From an uncultured Solirubrobacterales bacterium (GTDB lineage: Bacteria; Actinomycetota; Thermoleophilia; Solirubrobacterales; 70-9): 64,000 bases of DNA. Made by a program: the position numbers and the translations under genes. Below the pieces are notes generated by a model. That model was not told where the DNA came from, did not search any database, and saw only the letters and a list, made by a program, of their open reading frames with translations. Each line of letters begins with the position of its first letter. Position 1 is the stretch's first letter. Shown here piece by piece: positions 52,254 to 58,978 of the stretch. The stretch is taken from positions 2,227,168 through 2,291,167 of the forward strand of contig CAVYPC010000002.1 of the NCBI GenBank assembly GCA_963770315.1, in the 5' to 3' direction.

Positions 52254-55200
52254 CGTTTGGCCCTCCCGTTGTGGTTGGCGGTTCGGCTTGCCTTTTGCTT
52301 TGCGCCTCGCTTGAGGCAGCGGACCTTGCCCGCCCTGCGCACCTGGCGGCGGCCTTTGGCGCAGCGTCGCTTCGAGGGCGCTTTTTTGACGGTGCTGCCG
52401 GGACCGCGGAGAGAGGAAGAGGCAGGGGTCGGATCGTTTGGCGCCGAGACCGGGCCCTGGCAGGCTTCGCCTTCGCACTGGGGCCGCTCGGGGAGCTGGG
52501 GGAAGCCGCCGCCTACGCGGGCGTCATAGAGGTCGACCGAGCCGGGATCCTGGGGCAGGAGGCTCGATTCGGTGGTGAAGAAGACATCTGCCCCATCCGG
52601 GCTCGCTTCCCAGAATTCCGATTCGAAGGGGCTTTCGCCGCTCGAGATCAGATACAGGCAGCCGCCATTTTGGGGGAAGTAGGAGGAGCTTTCTTCGTTA
52701 CAGCCCCCCGTTCCCGGCGCCTCCCACTCATAGACGTCCTGGGCGCCGTTGGTGTCGCGCGGCAAGAGCGCGTCGTTTGAGTTGAAGAAGAGGCGCTTGC
52801 CGTCGGCGGAGAGGACGTTTGAGGCGTGCAGCGGGTGTTCCCAGGTGGGGATCCAGGCTGCGGCCTGGACTTTGGTTTCGCGGCCTTCTTGTCTGTACGG
52901 TTCTGGGAGTTCGCGGGTGGCGGGACGTGCGCCGCTCGGGTTGCACGAGATGCAACGCAGCTGCCCGCCTGCGGTGTAGGTGTAGACCTCTACCGCTGGC
53001 TTGCCGCTGCTCGCGGCGGAGTTGTCGAAGTTGGTTAGAGGCGCGCGCGACTCGAAGGCGATGCGAGAGCCGTTGGGGCTGACCCTGGTGGCGCGGCGGT
53101 ACGTGCTCCGATCGGCGATGTTGTAGGCGGTGGTAACCGCGCCGAGGTCTTTTACGCCGGCGTCGCTTTCGAGCACGGTGGCGACAAACTCGAAGGAGCC
53201 CGAGCCGGCTTCGTAGAGGTAGAGGTTGGGCTTGCCCGCGCTCGCTTCATCGCCCTCGCTGTTTTGCCCAGATCCCGCCAACACGTCGGTGGAGAGGAAG
53301 TAGACGCGCGAGAGGTCCTGCGAGAAGCCAGCCACTCCTCCTTGGCTAGCGCCGCCTTCGAACGCCCTGACATGGTGGGCGATCAGCCTCGACGCTTCCC
53401 CCGCTTCGGCTTCGCCCAGGTCGAACTCGTAGAGGTCTTGGCCTTCTGAGTAGAGGGCTTTGGAGCCATCGGAGGCGGCGGCCCAGAAGAAGGCGTTGTT
53501 ACCGGTGCTGACCGCGATCGTGCAGGCTTTGGTGGCTTTGGCGCATTCGCCTTTGACGATGCCCTGCTCGGGGTGGCGGCGCAGGTAGATCTTTCCTTCT
53601 TGACCGCCCGAGGTCCAGTAGACCAGCGAGCCGTCGGCGGAGACGGCACCTTCCTGGTTGGAATTCCGGCCGCTCCCGACCGCGGCGTCAGCGGTGTCGG
53701 CCGTGCCGCCGGGCAGGACGCTGACCAGGTGAAGACCACTGCCGAAGCGGTCATAGAGCTGGGCGTTCACTCCCGCGGCGGCATCGGCGGTGAGTGGCGC
53801 CTTGGCAAGGAAGATCGCGTGGCGGGAGTTGGCGGAGACGCCCTGGACCGAGTATGCGTCGACATAGTGGCTCCTTGCCTCGCCTTCGAGCGCCAGCGGG
53901 GCCGTGGTCAGCGTTTCGAAGCTGCCGGCGCCGGCGTCGCAGTTCTGGCGCCGGTAGAGGTTGGCGGCTTCGGGCTGGGCGTCGGGGTTCAAGGCCGGGG
54001 TCTGGTAGTCGACCAGCCAAGCGCTGCAGAGGTCAGGCGAGAAGGCGATGAATTCGCGAGAGGCGCCTGCCGCGATGCCGGGGATGCGGCGGCCCAGGTA
54101 GGGCGGGTGGATACCCTCGCTCGACCAGCCGGCTCCTTCCTGACGGGTGGCCAGGTACTGGTTGAACTTGAAGCTATTGGAAGGTTCCTCACCGAAGGCG
54201 GGGACCCCCTTGGTGGCGTAGGCGAGCCTCTCGCCGTCGGGGGACACCTGGACGTAGCCGCCGGGGTCCGAGTCACTGCTCGAGCCGCTGACGATGTCGG
54301 CGCCGTTTTTGTCGACCGGGCTGACCATCTCATAGGCGCGGCAGTCGGGCAGCGGGGCCGAGGCGCCGGTCCGGAAGGCATCGTTGGGGCAGGGCGCGGG
54401 GGGCTCGGGGCGCCGGTAGGTGGTGAGGGTGCGGTCTTCGCCTTCGCTCACACCGCCGTTTAAGACGGCGGTGTTGGTGCAGAGGTAGCGCCAGTGGTAG
54501 GTGGCGCCCGCTTTGAGGCCGGCGAGGAGGACCGGCAGCGGATGGTCGCCGCGGTCCGATCCGACGGAGACCTCCGGCGTGCTCTGCCCGTAAGAAGCAT
54601 CGGGGCCGTAGTCGACGTGACAGCTGGTCGGGAAGCCTTCGGGATTGACCAGCGCCTTCAAGGTGGCCTCGGTGTCCGTAGCGCTGATGACCTGCTCGGC
54701 GGAGATCGCCGGCGGGCCGAGGGTCTTGAAGCTCACATCGGGACTGGTCTCGGTTTCGCCGCCGATTTTTGCCCGCAGGCGGACGTGGTAGACGGTTGCC
54801 CCCTGCAGGGGACTGATGTCGGCGTGCACCGATACGGGGCTGGTGCCCGAGCCGATCGTCGCCGGGGACTCCGCGCAGGGGGCGGTGCTGCCATAGGCGA
54901 TCGTGGTGCCGTATTCGAAGCGGCATTCGCCGCTCAGCGCGCCGCCGGGGTTGACCGTGCCTTTGAGCGTGGCGCTGGTTTCGGTGACGTTGGTGGCGGG
55001 GAAGGCCCTCGCTTTGAAGCAGCCGACCGGTTCGGTGCCGTAGGCGCGGATGAAGGCTTTTCCGGTCCTATCGTCGCCGGGTGAGCTGGCTTCGCTGCTG
55101 AGGTTGGTGACGTAGAGGTTGCCCGGCGCTTCGCTTCCCGGGCAGAGGTTGGCGGCGAGGCCGGTGGAGGCGACGAATTCATCCTTGCCGAAGTGTTCGA

Positions 55201-57121
55201 CCACGTTGCCGGCGGGGTCGAACTCGAAGATCGGGTCGATCGGGACCGGGGTCCCGCCACCCACTCCGTTGACCGGGCCAAAGGCGTAGACGTGACCTGC
55301 CGCGGCGACGGCGACGGCCTTCGGGATCGGTTGGACTTCGCCAAGCTTGGGGATTTCAAAGCGCTCGAGCTCTTCGCATTCCCCGCCGGCGTTGAAGGAC
55401 AGCTTGCGCACACCCAGCTGGAATTCGTAGGCGGCGTAGAGCTTGCCCGCGGAGTCAGTGGCGAGCGACTGCACTTTGCCGGGCACCGAGCACTCGTCCT
55501 GGTAAGCGCCGCCGGTGTCGAAGCGCTGGATGCGGTTCTGATCGCCGACGTAGACCCTGTCGGTGGGGTCGATCGCGATGAAGTCGCCGATCCCCCATTC
55601 ACCGAACTCGCCTTCCTTGGCGCCTTTGCTGCCGGCTTTGCAGCTGTCGGCGGCTTTGCAGACCTCGGTGCCGCCGCCGTCGAGGAGGGTGGCGGTTATG
55701 TTGGCGGGCGAGACGTTCGCCTGGACTTCGGGCGCCGGCGGCGTGCTCGGCGCCGGGGAGGTGGCGAGGTTCTCGCTCAGCTTGGCGGCTTCGGAGAAGC
55801 CGGCGGCAAAGAGGCCGCTGGTCTTGACTTCGCACTGGAAGACCGCGGCGGCGGCGAGGTCGGCTGCGGTCACCGTGTAGGTCTGATTGCTGGCGTGTTC
55901 TTTGATGCTCTCGCCGTTGCGGTACCAGTGGTAGTTGAAGTTTCCACTGCTGTCCTTCCAGCCCGCTTCGCCTGGATCGCAGCTGAGCGTCTGCCCGCCA
56001 CCGCCGCCAACCGTGAGCGGGGCACTTGCTTCGGGGACAGGGATCGGGGTTGGATGGCGCGGGGCAGGGCGCCCGGGGGCCGGGGCGATCAGCTGCCCGG
56101 GGTCTGAGAGCTGGGTGGAGGCGGCGTCGGCGTTGGTGGCGGTGACCCGGCACTGGATCGCCTTGCCTTTGTCTTCTGCGGTGGCGATATAGGTGGAGGC
56201 GGTGGCGCCTTCGATCTCGCCGCCGTTGCGAAGCCACTGGTAGGAGATCGATTCGGCAACGGTCGGAGTCGAGCATTTGAGCTGGGCGCCGGCGTCGAGG
56301 GTGACGGTGAGCGGCGACACGTCATCGCCCGCGAGGTTGCCTTCGAAAGTGACGACGAAGGGGTTCGATCCGGTGACCGAGACCGAGCCGCCAACTCCGG
56401 CGATCGAGGGCAATGCATTCAGCGCGGTTTGGATTTCCGCGGCCGAGGCGTTGAAGGGCAGGGGAGCGGTTTCGGCGTTGGTCCCTTCTGGGAAGGGATT
56501 GGTGAAGTTCAGCCTGAAGGTCCCGGCGCTCTGGGCGATGGAGATTTCCTGGGTCTCTTTGTTGGTCGAGTCATCGGGGCCGAAAGCGACCGTGTCGCCG
56601 CCGAAAGCCGCGAGGAACTGGCCGGCGGGGGAGAACTTCTGCACGCGCTGGTTGGATGGGAAGCCAGTGTCGACAACGTAGACGTTGCCGGCGGAGTCGA
56701 CGGCGACGCCCTGGGGGGTGCCAAGCTGACCCGCGCCACTTCCTCCGACCCCCGCTTTGCAGACGTCGCCGTTATCGGGCACGCATATCTCAAAGCCCGT
56801 GCCGGTGTTGCCGGGTCCCGACTGGACCACGTCCCAGCCCCAGGTCTTGACGAATTCGCCCAGGGGGTTGAACTCGACGATGCGGTTGCCAATCAGATCG
56901 GCGACGAAGACGTGGCCGTCTTTGGGGTCGGCGGCCACACCGCTGGGAGAGTTGCACCGCTGGCCGGCCGGCTGGCCGCTATCGCAGCGCTGCCAGAGCT
57001 GCGGCGGGGCCGCGGAGGCGGCGGCCGCAACGAGGAGGAGGGCGCAGACGCAGACCGCCAGCGCGGCCAGCGCCCTCGCTGCGATTGGTCGCCTAGCCGG
57101 TGCCTTCCCCTTAGCCCTCAT
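52250..57121 (-). CDS. 1623-aa secreted multidomain protein (NHL-type blades, 2 Ig I-set-like, 2 FN3-like, PD40/TolB-like propeller, basic Cys-containing tail)
   Basis: I prefer the start at 57121 (MRAKGKAP...), which follows a GAGGAGAG SD; 57142 is an alternative. Signal peptide ALAALAVCVCALLLVAAAASA. Repeat motifs are quoted in the findings. Confidence 0.85.
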   Translation of the reverse strand: MRAKGKAPARRPIAARALAALAVCVCALLLVAAAASAAPPQLWQRCDSGQPAGQRCNSPSGVAADPKDGHVFVADLIGNRIVEFNPLGEFVKTWGWDVVQSGPGNTGTGFEICVPDNGDVCKAGVGGSGAGQLGTPQGVAVDSAGNVYVVDTGFPSNQRVQKFSPAGQFLAAFGGDTVAFGPDDSTNKETQEISIAQSAGTFRLNFTNPFPEGTNAETAPLPFNASAAEIQTALNALPSIAGVGGSVSVTGSNPFVVTFEGNLAGDDVSPLTVTLDAGAQLKCSTPTVAESISYQWLRNGGEIEGATASTYIATAEDKGKAIQCRVTATNADAASTQLSDPGQLIAPAPGRPAPRHPTPIPVPEASAPLTVGGGGGQTLSCDPGEAGWKDSSGNFNYHWYRNGESIKEHASNQTYTVTAADLAAAAVFQCEVKTSGLFAAGFSEAAKLSENLATSPAPSTPPAPEVQANVSPANITATLLDGGGTEVCKAADSCKAGSKGAKEGEFGEWGIGDFIAIDPTDRVYVGDQNRIQRFDTGGAYQDECSVPGKVQSLATDSAGKLYAAYEFQLGVRKLSFNAGGECEELERFEIPKLGEVQPIPKAVAVAAAGHVYAFGPVNGVGGGTPVPIDPIFEFDPAGNVVEHFGKDEFVASTGLAANLCPGSEAPGNLYVTNLSSEASSPGDDRTGKAFIRAYGTEPVGCFKARAFPATNVTETSATLKGTVNPGGALSGECRFEYGTTIAYGSTAPCAESPATIGSGTSPVSVHADISPLQGATVYHVRLRAKIGGETETSPDVSFKTLGPPAISAEQVISATDTEATLKALVNPEGFPTSCHVDYGPDASYGQSTPEVSVGSDRGDHPLPVLLAGLKAGATYHWRYLCTNTAVLNGGVSEGEDRTLTTYRRPEPPAPCPNDAFRTGASAPLPDCRAYEMVSPVDKNGADIVSGSSSDSDPGGYVQVSPDGERLAYATKGVPAFGEEPSNSFKFNQYLATRQEGAGWSSEGIHPPYLGRRIPGIAAGASREFIAFSPDLCSAWLVDYQTPALNPDAQPEAANLYRRQNCDAGAGSFETLTTAPLALEGEARSHYVDAYSVQGVSANSRHAIFLAKAPLTADAAAGVNAQLYDRFGSGLHLVSVLPGGTADTADAAVGSGRNSNQEGAVSADGSLVYWTSGGQEGKIYLRRHPEQGIVKGECAKATKACTIAVSTGNNAFFWAAASDGSKALYSEGQDLYEFDLGEAEAGEASRLIAHHVRAFEGGASQGGVAGFSQDLSRVYFLSTDVLAGSGQNSEGDEASAGKPNLYLYEAGSGSFEFVATVLESDAGVKDLGAVTTAYNIADRSTYRRATRVSPNGSRIAFESRAPLTNFDNSAASSGKPAVEVYTYTAGGQLRCISCNPSGARPATRELPEPYRQEGRETKVQAAAWIPTWEHPLHASNVLSADGKRLFFNSNDALLPRDTNGAQDVYEWEAPGTGGCNEESSSYFPQNGGCLYLISSGESPFESEFWEASPDGADVFFTTESSLLPQDPGSVDLYDARVGGGFPQLPERPQCEGEACQGPVSAPNDPTPASSSLRGPGSTVKKAPSKRRCAKGRRQVRRAGKVRCLKRGAKQKASRTANHNGRAKR

Positions 57122-57244
57122 CTGCTCTCCTCGCTGTCTCATCGGTGTGGATCGTCTGCGGCGTGTCGCTGGCGGTCGGACCGTGGAGGGCCTCCACCCC
57201 GGGCGGCTTGCCGCTCGGGGTGTCGACCGGCTCTCACTCGTGGG

Positions 57245-58075
57245 TTATCCGGCCACCGCCCAGACGCCACGGTTGATGCATTTGCCAAAGAGGCCCGTGG
57301 GGCAACTCAGCTTGAGCGAGGCTCCAGCCGGAGCCGTGGTGGCGCTTTCTCCGCCGTTGGTGGGGTTTTGGACGGCCACGGTCGCGGACGGGATGACCAG
57401 GCCCGGATTGATTTGGAACCCGACGCCGTAGACGCAGAGCTTGCCCGGGTTGGCCTGTGGCATGCCGCTGGTCACACCGGGGCAGCCGGCGGCGGTGCCA
57501 GTTTTCCCTTCGGCGTCTGCCGGGACGAAGACAAAGGTGGGTGCCGGGCTGACGGGAACCGAGAAGCTGGCCGAAGTCAGTTCTTCGCTTCCTTCCGCGG
57601 TGCCGTTGTTTGGTCCCTGGTAAGTGCCGGTCTCGGTGGCACCTGCGGGGAGAGTGCCGGTGGCAGTCCAGGGGGAGCCGTTGCAGGCGTAGTGGACGAC
57701 GCCCGAGCCTTCGACTGCGACTTCGTTGCCGCCGTTCAGTGCGCAGGGTTCCCCGGCCGGTTCTTCGTTTTCTTCGTCTTCGGCGCTGAAGGAGCCGACG
57801 ACTACCGACTTGCCGTTTGCCCCAGGAGCGCCGTTGGCTCCGTCTTTGCCGCTGGCGCCCGCGGGGCCTGCGGGGCCCTGCGGACCTGCCGGTCCGGCTG
57901 GACCCGTCGCGCCCTTGGGGCCCCGTGGGCCCTTCTTGGCCTTGGACTTCGAGGCCGCGGCCTTGCCGCCGCCGTTGTTGGTTGCGGCGTAGGCGCCGCC
58001 CATCATCGCGAAGACCAGGGCGATCACCGAGATCGCGCCCGGGATGCCGAAGCGGTTGCGCATTGGCGAGAACAT
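57245..58075 (-). CDS. collagen-like triple-helix repeat protein with N-terminal signal/anchor
   Basis: Start MFSPMRNRF after an AAGGAGAGAG SD. Hydrophobic segment GIPGAISVIALVFAMMGGAYA. 13 consecutive Gly-X-Y triplets (GPRGPKGATGPAGPAGPQGPAGPAGASGKDGANGAPGANGK). About 190-aa Cys-containing C-terminal domain. Confidence 0.85.
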   Translation of the reverse strand: MFSPMRNRFGIPGAISVIALVFAMMGGAYAATNNGGGKAAASKSKAKKGPRGPKGATGPAGPAGPQGPAGPAGASGKDGANGAPGANGKSVVVGSFSAEDEENEEPAGEPCALNGGNEVAVEGSGVVHYACNGSPWTATGTLPAGATETGTYQGPNNGTAEGSEELTSASFSVPVSPAPTFVFVPADAEGKTGTAAGCPGVTSGMPQANPGKLCVYGVGFQINPGLVIPSATVAVQNPTNGGESATTAPAGASLKLSCPTGLFGKCINRGVWAVAG

Positions 58076-58170
58076 CAAATCTCTCTCCTTGTCCCGTGAG
58101 CCCCTCTGCCTGCCGCTTCCCTTGCGGCTCCCTTGTGGCGAAGCTCGTTTGTTGGTCCCTGTAGCTACAA

Positions 58171-58193
58171 GGAACACGGACATCCGTGTTTCC
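58171..58193 (-). promoter_or_regulatory. inverted repeat in the predicted 5' leader of the collagen-like operon
   Basis: GGAACACGGA-CA-TCCGTGTTTCC, with one bulged T. Confidence 0.45.
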
Positions 58194-58207
58194 TATGTGC
58201 TGTGGGC

Positions 58208-58236
58208 ATTAAGACACACGTGTGTCTGAATGTCAA
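58208..58236 (-). promoter_or_regulatory. candidate sigma70-type promoter of the collagen-like operon, with a perfect 16-bp palindrome in the spacer
   Basis: On the minus strand, TTGACA (58236-58231) is followed by a 17-nt spacer and then CTTAAT (58213-58208). The spacer is almost entirely the palindrome AGACACACGTGTGTCT (58212-58227). Confidence 0.45.
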
Positions 58237-58271
58237 GGCCGGGGCGAAGAGCCGCTTTCAGCGCGTCAAAC

Positions 58272-58301
58272 TTGACAATTCTGGCGCTGAATTGTTACAT
58301 T
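58272..58301 (+). promoter_or_regulatory. candidate promoter of vapB-vapC pair 1
   Basis: TTGACA (58272-58277), an 18-nt spacer ending in TGT, and -10 TACATT (58296-58301). The ATG is at 58324. Confidence 0.45.
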
Positions 58302-58323
58302 ACATTGCCAGAAGTGATGTAAA

Positions 58324-58572
58324 ATGGCCCGCATGAAGCGACTGCAGATATCGATCGAGCCCGAGCTGGACGCGGCGGTGGAAAGACGCGCCGAAGAAGA
58401 GGGGCTCTCGAAGGCGGAGGTGATCAGGCGTTGCGTGCGGGAAGAGATACGGCCATTGCCGCCGATAGAGGAGGATCCGCTGTTCAAGATGTTCGGCACC
58501 GTGTCGAGCGACCCCGGCGACAACCGCTCGATCGACGAGGTCGTCTACGGGCCGTCGAACCCGGACCCCTGA
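58324..58572 (+). CDS. vapB: ribbon-helix-helix (CopG-type) antitoxin
   Basis: 82 aa. RLQISIEPELDAAVERRAEEEGLSKAEVIRRCV is an RHH pattern. It lies directly upstream of a PIN gene. Confidence 0.8.
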   Translation: MARMKRLQISIEPELDAAVERRAEEEGLSKAEVIRRCVREEIRPLPPIEEDPLFKMFGTVSSDPGDNRSIDEVVYGPSNPDP

Positions 58573-58970
58573 TCTTCGTAGATACCTCATTCCTGATCGC
58601 GGGCTTCGATGACCGCGATCCCCACCACCGGGAAGCCGTGCTTCTCGCCCAGCAAGTCGTCGGACGGCGAATGATCACGAGCAACCACGTTCGAGGCGAG
58701 AGCTGGACGTGGTTCCGCCGCAAGCGGTGGCACGGAAAGGCCGTTGAGCTCCTCGACGCTCTACGCTCGGGATCCAGCAACGTGCGAGTCGACTTCGTTT
58801 TGGAGAAGCTCGAGGACGAGGCGCTGCGCTGGCTCCGCCAGCACGACGAGTGCGAGTACTCGTTCGTCGACGCGACCAGCTTCGCCTACATGCGGGCCAA
58901 GGGCATCGAGGAGGCGCTCGCCTTCGACGGCGACTTCGCCGCCGCCGGCTTCACGGAATTGCGTCCGTAG
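58569..58970 (+). CDS. vapC: PIN-domain ribonuclease toxin (start codon non-canonical or unresolved)
   Basis: LIFVDTSFLIAGFDDRDPHH...SFVDATSFAYM...AFDGDF carries the PIN acidic residues. The only candidate start at the conserved N-terminus is CTG (58569-58571), which overlaps the antitoxin TGA. Confidence 0.8.
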   Translation: MIFVDTSFLIAGFDDRDPHHREAVLLAQQVVGRRMITSNHVRGESWTWFRRKRWHGKAVELLDALRSGSSNVRVDFVLEKLEDEALRWLRQHDECEYSFVDATSFAYMRAKGIEEALAFDGDFAAAGFTELRP

Positions 58971-58978
58971 CCCCTTCT

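Noticed and set aside
57183-57197. Palindrome GTGGAGG-G-CCTCCAC between the collagen-like gene and the giant gene, as a terminator
   Set aside because: The central loop is too small for a stable hairpin and no U-tract follows. It is too weak to call, and the genes are probably co-transcribed.
57830-57950. Periodic DNA (the 9-nt Gly-X-Y period here, and the 21-nt Lys-rich period at 23366-23402) as possible CRISPR or VNTR arrays
   Set aside because: Both lie in frame within coding sequence, as collagen-like triplets and the L22 extension. There are no spacer-like unique segments and no cas genes, so these are not CRISPR arrays.
58044-58336. Small plus-strand ORFs (58044..58229 and 58133..58336) in the low-GC spacer
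   Set aside because: They have no SD and no recognisable motif, and they overlap the predicted promoter/operator region. They are more likely non-coding.
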